A stretch of 64,000 nt of DNA from Candidatus Krumholzibacteriota bacterium (GTDB lineage: Bacteria > Krumholzibacteriota > Krumholzibacteriia > Krumholzibacteriales > Krumholzibacteriaceae). The translations under genes and the position numbers were made by a program. Below the pieces are notes generated by a model, which was not told the DNA's origin, did not search any database, and saw only the letters and a program-made list of their open reading frames with translations. Positions 1-8,445 of the stretch are shown here, one piece after another. The stretch spans positions 7,772-71,771 of the forward strand of contig JAFGBF010000008.1 in the NCBI GenBank assembly GCA_016933255.1, in the 5' to 3' direction. Position 1 is the stretch's first letter. Every line of letters starts with the position of its first letter.

Positions 1-1891
1 CGGCTGGCTCAATTCCGGAAGGATCTTCCGATTTTATCCGCGAACAGGAAGAGCGGGCAGTTCTTACCCGGGAGGTATGGAGAGGCATGCTCCGGCGCTT
101 ATGATAGAGGAGCTCGTCTGCAGTAGAGATACCCTTTGGATAGGAACTGAAGGGGGGCTGTTCGCCTACGGTACGCTGTCTGATTCCATTATGAAGGTCG
201 AAGGTCCTTTCTTTAACGGAATAAAAGCCCTTGCGGTGGATGATGAAGGATCCGTCTGGGCAGGAGGAGATCAGGGCATAAGCGTAAGACGGGGCGGGCG
301 GTGGTCTCACTACACCACGGATGACCTCTATTTTTTTGAACGGATAACAGGGATAATCAATGGTAATGGAAAGATGTGGGTGACCACTTTCGGGCACGGC
401 TGCGGGTATATATCAGGAGATTCCCTGACTGTTCTGACGCGGGCCGATTCTCTTCTCGACGACAGGGTCAATTGCCTGATCGAGAAAAATGACCACCAGG
501 TATGGTTTGGCACTGAAAGCGGTCTTTGCCTCGCCGACAGTTTCAGCTGGCAATCGCTCCGTTACGGCAACAGGATCCCGACAGGGTCGATTGAAGATAT
601 GATCCTTGATGAAGAGGGAAATATTTTTCTTGCGGTGAACGGCAACGGGGTAGTCCGGTATAATCTCGGCCGGGTCAACAGGTATGGTAAAAGGAATGGT
701 CTTCCCGGCGAGGAGATCAACGCATTCAGCCTCGATCCTTCGGGAAAGGTATGGGGAGCCGGAAGATCAGGAGTAAGCACCTATGACGGTTCAGGATGGA
801 TTCCGCTTCGAGTACAGGGAGTATCGCTTACGGAGTATAATTTCCTTTCGATATGTCACGATGTCGAAGGCACTGCTTATCTTGGAACCGACAGGGGCTC
901 TTTCCTTATTCAGTCGATAGATACTGTGAAGGAGATAGCTATCCCCCAGAGTTTTCCTGTTTCGATGATCTCGGAGATAAGGGAATACGATGACGTTCTC
1001 TGGCTGTCGTCAGGTTCCAGAATATTCCGCGTTGGAAAGGAAATGACAGAGATCAAGCTTCCGGATCCTTGGTTCGAAGGGGCATTGACCGGAGTAGCTG
1101 TCGACCGTTCGGGGATACTCTGGGTCTCAACACGGTTTGGAATACTTCAGTATAACAATGGAGCCTGGCAGATCTTCGATAAAAGGCTCGGTCTTCCTGC
1201 GGATCATTTCAGGTGGGTATCGAGGGGCGGCGGTGATGATCTGTGGTTTGGGACATTTGATGATGGTATCCTCAGGCTTTCAAAGAATGGATGGACCCAT
1301 TATACCGACAGCAACGGACTCCCATCGAATGCTATTACCGGGCTCATTACCGATTCCGGTCAAACGGTGTGGATACTGTCCGACTCAGGGAAGATCGCCA
1401 GATTTGCTTCAAAGAAATGGGAGGCTTTCGATCTTCCATACAGGGGGATAGGCAGGCCTTTGACAGGCGAACCCGAGTCAAAGAAGGAACTTGATCCAGC
1501 GATCCGTTTTCTTGGAGAGAGGAACGCTGATCCGGAGGAATGGATGACTGCCAGGGGACTGGCTCTCGGAATGGACGCTTCCGGCAGGATACTCTTCTGC
1601 CGTTCTGACGGAATATTCAGGTATTCCGAAAACGGGTGGCAGGCGATCGATATACCTGAAGCCGGCAAGAGGTCTGTCCCCTCGTCTATCCTTGGTACGG
1701 CGAGCGGAGAAATTTGGCTTGCTACCAGGGGGTCGGGACTCTTTATCCGTAAAAGCGGAGGATGGACCAATCTAAGGGTGGCTGACGGCCTTTCCGGCGA
1801 TGATATCCTTGCGATCTGCCGGGACAGGTCGGGACGCCTTTGGGCGGGTACCCGTGGCGGAGGCATAACTATAATAAACATAGGCGAATAG
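1..1891 (+). CDS. Two-component-regulator-propeller (Reg_prop) beta-propeller repeat protein, probably 5'-truncated by the window edge
   Basis: ORF track 77..1891. The frame is open from nt 2 and GGAGG ends 1 nt before ATG 77, which is too close for initiation. There is no signal peptide. The protein has repeated 'W.GT..GL..Y/F' propeller blades (LWIGTEGGLFAY, VWAGGDQGISV, VWFGTESGLCLA and others). Confidence 0.55.
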   Translation, partial: GWLNSGRIFRFYPRTGRAGSSYPGGMERHAPALMIEELVCSRDTLWIGTEGGLFAYGTLSDSIMKVEGPFFNGIKALAVDDEGSVWAGGDQGISVRRGGRWSHYTTDDLYFFERITGIINGNGKMWVTTFGHGCGYISGDSLTVLTRADSLLDDRVNCLIEKNDHQVWFGTESGLCLADSFSWQSLRYGNRIPTGSIEDMILDEEGNIFLAVNGNGVVRYNLGRVNRYGKRNGLPGEEINAFSLDPSGKVWGAGRSGVSTYDGSGWIPLRVQGVSLTEYNFLSICHDVEGTAYLGTDRGSFLIQSIDTVKEIAIPQSFPVSMISEIREYDDVLWLSSGSRIFRVGKEMTEIKLPDPWFEGALTGVAVDRSGILWVSTRFGILQYNNGAWQIFDKRLGLPADHFRWVSRGGGDDLWFGTFDDGILRLSKNGWTHYTDSNGLPSNAITGLITDSGQTVWILSDSGKIARFASKKWEAFDLPYRGIGRPLTGEPESKKELDPAIRFLGERNADPEEWMTARGLALGMDASGRILFCRSDGIFRYSENGWQAIDIPEAGKRSVPSSILGTASGEIWLATRGSGLFIRKSGGWTNLRVADGLSGDDILAICRDRSGRLWAGTRGGGITIINIGE

Positions 1892-2137
1892 AGTGTGGAT
1901 GGTCTATGCTGCCATTAAGAGGATTGACAGAAGGGCCAGAGAATAATATATTTGCAGAAGAAAAGGGGTTGTATAGAACAAACGCTACTGTTTTCTCGGT
2001 TTTCTAATTCGTGATGAAGCGAAAGGGTTGATGAAAGCAGATAGCGTATTTTTTTATACTCTGATCACCGATCGCTGAATTCATGTATGAATCAGGTGGC
2101 GGCCCATCGTCTTCATTCGTATACGGGGGAAGATTTA

Positions 2138-3376
2138 ATGGAAATCGTGTTCAAGCTCCTTATCGCCTCTATCCTTTCTTTTGTTCTCTACACCTATCTG
2201 GGATACCCGGTCATTCTTTTTCTTCTGGGGCTTTTTAGAAGATCTTCAGAACTTTCAGGTTCCGGCGAACTTCCCAGCGTGGCGCTGATAATATCAGCAC
2301 ATAACGAGGAACGCATCATCAGGGAAAAACTTGAAAACTCTCTCAAGATCGATTATCCGAGCCGCCTGTTGAAGATAATTGTCGCCAGTGACGGTTCGGT
2401 CGATAACACCGATAATATCGTTAGGGAATTCGAGGAGATGAATGTAGTCCTGAAATCGTTTGAGCGCAGAGAAGGAAAAAGTGCGACGCTGAACAAAGCT
2501 GTCCTTGGGGTAGAAGAAGAAATATTGGTCTTTTCGGACGCAAATGCGTTTTACGAAGAGGACTCGGTGCGAAAACTCGTCCGACACTTTTCAGACGATA
2601 GGACAGGGTGTGTCGTGGGGAGGCTGAGGTATATCGACAGCGCCTCATATGTCGGGCGCGGTGAAAGTCTTTACCAGAGGTACGAGGGGCTGCTGAACCG
2701 CCTTGAGAGCCGTTTGAAATCGGTCCTCATAGCTACAGGGACGATCTTTGCCATAAGAAGAGAACTCTTCAGGCCCGTCATGAAGGATGTCGCCAATGAT
2801 TTTCAGATCCCGGCAGAGATCGCTTCTCAGGGTTATGGAGTAGTCTACGAAAGTGATGCGGCAGCGCATGAACGCTCTACATTCTATTTTACCGAGGAAT
2901 TCAACAGGAAGTGCAGGATCGTAACAAGGGGATTGACGGGGTTCAGCCACCTTCGTTCGAATTTTGGGGGAGCGTTCAGGGTATATCAATTTATTTCCAG
3001 GAAGATGTTTCGGTGGTGGGTCGGAGTGCTTCTGCCTGTCTTATATATCGCCAATATATTCCTTATTCATGAGGCAGTGTACGGGCTCTTTTTTCTTCTT
3101 CAGAACATCTTCTATATCTTTGCTTTGACCGGAGCAATTTTAAGAAGAGGACATATCAGGACCCGGATATTCTTTATCCCGTTCTATTTTGTTATGGTCA
3201 ACGCGGCCGCGTTTACCGCCATCGTGACTTTTCTTGGAGGAAGGCGTTTTTCTTCCTGGGAAAAAGCGGAAACCTCGCGCGATGTAGAAGAAAATCAGTT
3301 TGAATCGCCTGCTCTCAGAGTAGTAGAAGGAAAGAAGATCTCAAAACGCGTTGAAGAACTGAACAAGGTCACCTGA
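2138..3376 (+). CDS. GT2 family membrane glycosyltransferase, processive synthase-like (N-terminal TM, GT-A domain, C-terminal TM bundle)
   Basis: ORF 2087..3376. I moved the start to ATG 2138 because a GGGGAAG SD lies 5 nt upstream. Motifs seen: ASDGS, FSDANA (DxD) and RKMFRWW (a Q/RxxRW-like motif). Several C-terminal TM helices follow. Confidence 0.7.
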   Translation: MEIVFKLLIASILSFVLYTYLGYPVILFLLGLFRRSSELSGSGELPSVALIISAHNEERIIREKLENSLKIDYPSRLLKIIVASDGSVDNTDNIVREFEEMNVVLKSFERREGKSATLNKAVLGVEEEILVFSDANAFYEEDSVRKLVRHFSDDRTGCVVGRLRYIDSASYVGRGESLYQRYEGLLNRLESRLKSVLIATGTIFAIRRELFRPVMKDVANDFQIPAEIASQGYGVVYESDAAAHERSTFYFTEEFNRKCRIVTRGLTGFSHLRSNFGGAFRVYQFISRKMFRWWVGVLLPVLYIANIFLIHEAVYGLFFLLQNIFYIFALTGAILRRGHIRTRIFFIPFYFVMVNAAAFTAIVTFLGGRRFSSWEKAETSRDVEENQFESPALRVVEGKKISKRVEELNKVT

Positions 3377-3389
3377 AATAGGATGCAGG

Positions 3390-4841
3390 GTGTTCTGTCA
3401 AATGTCGGGGTCGGTACCCGGTTCTGTCAATGATCCGGGATTCGGCCCTGTTTTGCAGACCGGACAATCAAAGCGGGAGATGCCGGTGTCGTTTATCAAG
3501 GATGCTTCATATACATTCGCGACAAAATTAACTTTACTCATAATCGGTATTTTCAGCAGTATCATTTCGGTAAGGATCCTTGGGGCGGAAGGGAAGGGGC
3601 TCTTCACTCTGGGCATTATCTCCGCGTCGGTCATCTTCAATCTTGCCAATCTGGGAGTAGGAACGGGAGCGGGGTATTATCTGGGGCGGAAAAAGGTCGA
3701 GCTGGAGGACCTTGCGGGAAACTGGCTGAGCCTCTCGGTAATGATAGGTGCGGTGGTGACTGTCCTCTCACTGGCCGTTATGCCGCTAATCGCCGGATCG
3801 ATCCTGCCGGCTGTCCCCCTGAAGCTGATAATCACGGGATTATTATCGATTCCCTTTATGATATTGACCTTTAATTTCCAGATGCTCAGCAAGGCGAATT
3901 CCGATTTTTTATCTTATAATATTGCTGAATTGATACAGCGGCTTTCTTTCGTTGTATTTTTCCCTCTTTTTATACTCCTTATTTCGTGCGACAGAGTCTT
4001 TCTGGCTGTGGTGATCTATATTGTCTCAACGATGATATCAGCTTTTTTTCTGCTGCTTAGATGGTCCAGGGTGGTGAGGCTGCGTTTCAGGCTGGACAGG
4101 GGACTCGCCGGTTCGGTCGTGCGGTTCGGGATTAAAGGTCATCTCTCGAATTTCCTGGGATTTCTGAATCTGCGGCTTGACATCCTCCTGATCAACTATT
4201 TTATAGGTCCGGCTGCAGTCGGGTTTTATTCCATATCTGTGATGATCGCAGAAAGAATGTGGTACCTGCCTGACGCGCTTGGAATAGCTCTTTACCCGAA
4301 AGTCGCCCATTACGATGACGACAGATCCAATAGAGCGACCGCTGCAGTATGCAGGCAGACTATGATCCTTATCCTATTATCCATAGTCGTTGTTCTTGTT
4401 GCCGGTAAAACCGTTATCAGGCTGTTTTACACCGATTCGTTCCTCGCTGCGCTCATCCCTCTTTTTCTGCTTCTTCCCGGAGTCCTTTCAGCGGGGATAA
4501 CAAGGGTCGTTTCCAGCGATCTGCTTGCGAGGGGGCACCCAGGGGTCAATATGGCAGCAGGAGGGGCAGCACTTGCCGTAAATATCATTTCAAACATAAT
4601 TTTGATACCGAGGATCGGGATCAGCGGAGCCGCAGTCTCGACATCCATTTCATATTTTGTGCAGGTTGTCGTCACTCTGATATCATTCAAAAAGATAACG
4701 AGGGTCGCGGCGGCATCGCTGCTGATTCCCAGATATGAGGATCTGAGACTTTTTGCGGGGGCTTTGAACCGCATCATCAGCTCATTCAGGCGAGGAAGCA
4801 GTACGCGTGAAGATGAAGGGGATACAGGCGGCGGCAAATGA
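3390..4841 (+). CDS. Wzx-like polysaccharide flippase (MOP superfamily)
   Basis: 483 aa, about 12 predicted TM segments. The N-terminal 'SVRILGAEGKGLF' motif is typical of Wzx/polysaccharide biosynthesis proteins. ATG 3481 (MPVSFIKD...) is an alternative start. Confidence 0.65.
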   Translation: MFCQMSGSVPGSVNDPGFGPVLQTGQSKREMPVSFIKDASYTFATKLTLLIIGIFSSIISVRILGAEGKGLFTLGIISASVIFNLANLGVGTGAGYYLGRKKVELEDLAGNWLSLSVMIGAVVTVLSLAVMPLIAGSILPAVPLKLIITGLLSIPFMILTFNFQMLSKANSDFLSYNIAELIQRLSFVVFFPLFILLISCDRVFLAVVIYIVSTMISAFFLLLRWSRVVRLRFRLDRGLAGSVVRFGIKGHLSNFLGFLNLRLDILLINYFIGPAAVGFYSISVMIAERMWYLPDALGIALYPKVAHYDDDRSNRATAAVCRQTMILILLSIVVVLVAGKTVIRLFYTDSFLAALIPLFLLLPGVLSAGITRVVSSDLLARGHPGVNMAAGGAALAVNIISNIILIPRIGISGAAVSTSISYFVQVVVTLISFKKITRVAAASLLIPRYEDLRLFAGALNRIISSFRRGSSTREDEGDTGGGK

Positions 4842-4878
4842 CAAGATCAATCTTACGAACGAATAAGAGGTAGCATCA

Positions 4879-6099
4879 ATGGAGCAGAAAAAGGTACTGT
4901 TCATAACAAGTTCTCTTGATGGAGGGGGAGCAGAAGAACATATACTTAACCTCTGCAAGTACCTTAAATCCATTTCAGTCGCCACCGATCTGATTACGAT
5001 CTCCCCGGAGAAAGGCAAACTGGAGAATAAATTCCATAAAGAGAAGGTGCCGGTCAGATATTTTCCCCTGTCGTCTCTGAAAGAACTTCTGCTGCCCTGG
5101 AGGTTGCTGGCGTTGAGAAAGCTGATAAGGGAGATCAAACCGGATATTATCCATGCCCATCTTTTTCACGGAGAGGTGGCTGGCGCAGCGGCTTCGTTTT
5201 TTACAGATGCGCCTTTCATCGCGACAAGGCACTGTTCAGGCGTAGAATTCGAAGGCTTTAGAATGACAATAATGAGGATGATGCGGAGGAGGATCGATTT
5301 TGTCATAGCAGTCAGCGAAGAAGCGGTAAATGAGTCGCTGAAGGGCGGGCATGCCATGGAAAAGATGTCAATGATACCGAGCGGGATCGATACAGATATC
5401 TTTGTTCCTCTTGGTGTTGAGGAAAAGAAAAAAGAAAAATCGATCTGGCTGAAAAAAATATTCAATGGAAACGCGAACGGGGATGAGATCGTGGTCGGGA
5501 CGCTTGCTGCTATGAGAAAGGTCAAGAACCAGAGCCTCTTTCTCAAGATTGCAAGGAGAGTCGCTGATAGCCCGGGGGACGGCCGGCACGTCAGATTCGT
5601 TATTTTCGGCGACGGGCCCGAGAGAAAAAATCTTGAATCCCTCCATGCCGGCCTTCATCTGGATGGAATCGTTTCGATGCCCGGTTTCACAAGGGAACCC
5701 TGGAAAACGCTTCCCCTGTTCGATATCTTCCTTCTCCCTTCCCTTATAGAAGGGACGCCTCTTGCACTTCTGGAAGCGATGTCCTGCGGTGTCCCCTGTA
5801 TAGCCAGTGATGTCGGAGATGTCGGCACTGCTCTTTCGGGGGCGGGCATTGTCCTCGAGAGTGAAGATGAAGAGGGTTTTTTCAAGCAGGTCCTGTCGCT
5901 GATAGATGATCCTCAAAAACGCCTTCTCCTGGGGAGACAGGCGAGAAGCAGGGTCGAGAAGGATTATGATATTGCCCCATGGGGGGAAAGGATCAAGGAG
6001 ATCTACGAAGCGGTTCTGGGGGAAAATCGGTCCGATAAACGGAGAACCTTGATGCTGAGATCAAAAAAAGATCAAATAACCGGGAATTTTCCGAAATAA
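4879..6099 (+). CDS. GT4 family glycosyltransferase (GT-B, RfaB-like)
   Basis: 406 aa. The N-terminus 'VLFITSSLDGGGAEEHILNL' and the C-terminal 'EGTPLALLEAMSCGVPCIASDVGD' resemble the GT4 E..E motif region. Confidence 0.75.
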   Translation: MEQKKVLFITSSLDGGGAEEHILNLCKYLKSISVATDLITISPEKGKLENKFHKEKVPVRYFPLSSLKELLLPWRLLALRKLIREIKPDIIHAHLFHGEVAGAAASFFTDAPFIATRHCSGVEFEGFRMTIMRMMRRRIDFVIAVSEEAVNESLKGGHAMEKMSMIPSGIDTDIFVPLGVEEKKKEKSIWLKKIFNGNANGDEIVVGTLAAMRKVKNQSLFLKIARRVADSPGDGRHVRFVIFGDGPERKNLESLHAGLHLDGIVSMPGFTREPWKTLPLFDIFLLPSLIEGTPLALLEAMSCGVPCIASDVGDVGTALSGAGIVLESEDEEGFFKQVLSLIDDPQKRLLLGRQARSRVEKDYDIAPWGERIKEIYEAVLGENRSDKRRTLMLRSKKDQITGNFPK

Positions 6100-6205
6100 A
6101 CTGAAACTTTTCCATCGGTCATGGATATATAACTCTGAAGAGAGCTTGTAGCCGTGATTTACAGACCCCTGAGGAGGTGGGGGCTGCCTGGAGGCAGCCG
6201 ATACT

Positions 6206-7324
6206 ATGAGAAGGAAAGTATTTCTATATGTTTTGTGCGTGGCGGTATCAGTACTGGCCATGACGACATTCGCTTCAGCCGAGGAAAAGGTTATCATCAA
6301 GAGTGGTGGTGATCCCAAAGAGATGAAAGTGGATGTTATCGAGAAAAAAGGCCCTTACATAGGCATCTTCATGGAAAACCTTGACAAGGAGTCGATCAGG
6401 GAACTCAACTATCCTAAATCTACCGGTGTCCTGATTATGGAAGTCATCGAGGACAGCCCCGCCGAAAAAGCGGGATTCGAGGACAATGATATCCTCTACG
6501 AGTTCGGCGGGACAAAATTAGAGGACCAGGAACACCTTCTCGAGCTCATTGCGGAAAAATCTGCCGGTGAGACAGTCGATGTCGTTCTCTATCGCGGCGG
6601 CAAAAAAAAGGAATACAAGCTTGAACTCGGAGAACAGGCCAAACAGTACTACACGATCAGTATAGATGACGAGTCCATAGATATCGGTGATGAGATAGGC
6701 AGGAGAGTCGCCAGGATGAAGCTCGACCTTTGCAGGGATAAAGCGGTGCTGGATAGAAAAATAGCCCGGGCAGGCCGCCCCGGATATAGAGACGACTATC
6801 TGTGGGTCAGTGGAGACAGGCTCTTTCTTGGAGTCCGCGTACAGGAACTCAACAAGGATCTGGCAGAATACTTCTCTCTCGAAGGTAAGGAAGGGGTCCT
6901 CGTCGTAGAGGTATTTAAGGATGCCGCCGCCGAAAAGAAAGGGATCAAAAGCGGGGATGTCATAGTCAAAGTGGAAGACGAGGATATCTCAGACCCGGAG
7001 GAGCTGATAGAGGCGTTGAGCGGTGTGGATGACAAAGTCGAAAAGATCTCGGTCACTGTCGTAAGAAAGGGAAAGAAAAAGATCTTCACTTTCGATACCG
7101 AGGAGATGAGATCGAATAATAAAGACCTGTTTTTTCATGGGGATATGAAAGATCTGAACGATTCATTCAAACATTTCAAGGTAAAGGTCTTTGACGAAGA
7201 TGAAGATGGCATCAGGGTATTGAGAAAAGAAGATATCCTCGAAAGTAAAGAGCTGGAAGATCTGAAGGCCGAACTCGATCTGTTGAAAGAACGCCTTAAG
7301 AAACTGGAAAAAGGGCAGGATTGA
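6206..7324 (+). CDS. Secreted tandem-PDZ domain protein with C-terminal coiled coil
   Basis: Signal peptide MRRKVFLYVLCVAVSVLAMTTFASA. Two PDZ-like segments (GVLIMEVIEDSPAEKAGFEDNDIL... and GVLVVEVFKDAAAEKKGIKSGDVIV...). No protease domain. The C-terminus is rich in K/E/L and looks like a coiled coil. Confidence 0.6.
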   Translation: MRRKVFLYVLCVAVSVLAMTTFASAEEKVIIKSGGDPKEMKVDVIEKKGPYIGIFMENLDKESIRELNYPKSTGVLIMEVIEDSPAEKAGFEDNDILYEFGGTKLEDQEHLLELIAEKSAGETVDVVLYRGGKKKEYKLELGEQAKQYYTISIDDESIDIGDEIGRRVARMKLDLCRDKAVLDRKIARAGRPGYRDDYLWVSGDRLFLGVRVQELNKDLAEYFSLEGKEGVLVVEVFKDAAAEKKGIKSGDVIVKVEDEDISDPEELIEALSGVDDKVEKISVTVVRKGKKKIFTFDTEEMRSNNKDLFFHGDMKDLNDSFKHFKVKVFDEDEDGIRVLRKEDILESKELEDLKAELDLLKERLKKLEKGQD

Positions 7325-7338
7325 TCGAGGCGAATACA

Positions 7339-7364
7339 GGCGGCCGGTTATCACGCCGGCCGCC
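7339..7364 (+). terminator. GC-rich stem-loop after the PDZ protein gene (no U-tract)
   Basis: Perfect 9-bp stem GGCGGCCGG / CCGGCCGCC with loop TTATCACG, 15 nt after the stop. Confidence 0.3.
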
Positions 7365-7477
7365 CCTGGTCTGTCATGCTGCTCCGGTAAAGATTTTTAA
7401 CTACTTCATTTTCAGCTATATCTTATCCACATATAGATATACAATATTCGCGGGGCTGTCAGCGGGTGTTAAATCCT

Positions 7478-7506
7478 TTGACAGTGGGCGTAAAGTTGTC
7501 TATGTT
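7478..7506 (+). promoter_or_regulatory. Sigma70-like promoter (TTGACA-17-TATGTT) for the Yip1-family gene
   Basis: Perfect -35 and 17-nt spacing. Lies inside the GTG-extended ORF, which argues for the ATG 7586 start. Confidence 0.4.
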
Positions 7507-7585
7507 GAAGCTTGTTCCTTTCTTTCGAAACGCGCTTGTTGGCACGGTGGTCAAGATTCATTTACAGGCTCAAAGGAGTAGGGAA

Positions 7586-8332
7586 ATGGATGAGAATGTT
7601 GGTAATGGAGTCGAGAAGAAGATAGTCGAGGTCGGATCCGATCCAAAACCGGCCGGAGGGCTCTTTGCTTCGCTGATTGATATATTCATCGAACCTTCGA
7701 AAGTGTTCAGGCGGATCGATGCGGGAATGCAGTGGTGGAAAGGGTTTATTCCGCTTTTGATCATAAATCTGGTGATAGCCTGGTTCTCGCTGCCTGTCCA
7801 GAGGGCTGCTGTGGCGATAAATGAACGCGGACTCAGCACGGAAGAGCTCGAGAGAACACTCGAGATGATGAAAAAGTTCGGTCCCCTGGGGCTGATTGTC
7901 GTCCCTATCGTTATAATAATCATACTGCTTATATCTGCCGGCCTGACGAATCTGCTTGTCAATATCATCAGTGCTAAATCTGATTTTAAAAAGTGCCTTT
8001 CGCTTGTGACATTCGCGGGGTTTATCGCGGTGCTCGAACAGCTTATCTCTCTGATCATCATAATGAGCAAAGATCTCAGCGCTGTCGAGTCTGTCGCGGA
8101 ACTCAAACCTCAGATAGGGTTTGGGGCTTTGTTTCCGGATCTGGAAGGGTTTGGGGCTGCCTTGATGCAGTCGCTGACCGTCTTTCAGATATGGTATTTT
8201 ATCGTCTTTGTTTTCGGGTTGGCGTCGATTTTCAAGATCACCAGGAAGAAGGCCGCTGTTCCTGCTGTCGTTATGTGGCTGGTCGGTCTTGTTTTTATAT
8301 TTATCAGTCAGAAATTCAGCAGTATGGGGTGA
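7586..8332 (+). CDS. Yip1-domain family integral membrane protein
   Basis: ORF track starts at GTG 7466, but a sigma70-like promoter lies inside that extension. ATG 7586 has an AAGGAG SD 7 nt upstream. The 'GLFASLIDIFIEPSKVFRRI' stretch plus 5 TM helices is typical of Yip1/DUF1282 proteins. Confidence 0.55.
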   Translation: MDENVGNGVEKKIVEVGSDPKPAGGLFASLIDIFIEPSKVFRRIDAGMQWWKGFIPLLIINLVIAWFSLPVQRAAVAINERGLSTEELERTLEMMKKFGPLGLIVVPIVIIIILLISAGLTNLLVNIISAKSDFKKCLSLVTFAGFIAVLEQLISLIIIMSKDLSAVESVAELKPQIGFGALFPDLEGFGAALMQSLTVFQIWYFIVFVFGLASIFKITRKKAAVPAVVMWLVGLVFIFISQKFSSMG

Positions 8333-8445
8333 TGTTTCCCGTCAGGCTCTCTGACCCGGTATAAACACGGTGATTCCCGATCGTTCGGGAATCGCTGTCT
8401 GAAAATCGAGAATGGCTTATAATAGAAAACCAGGAGGTAGTTCTT

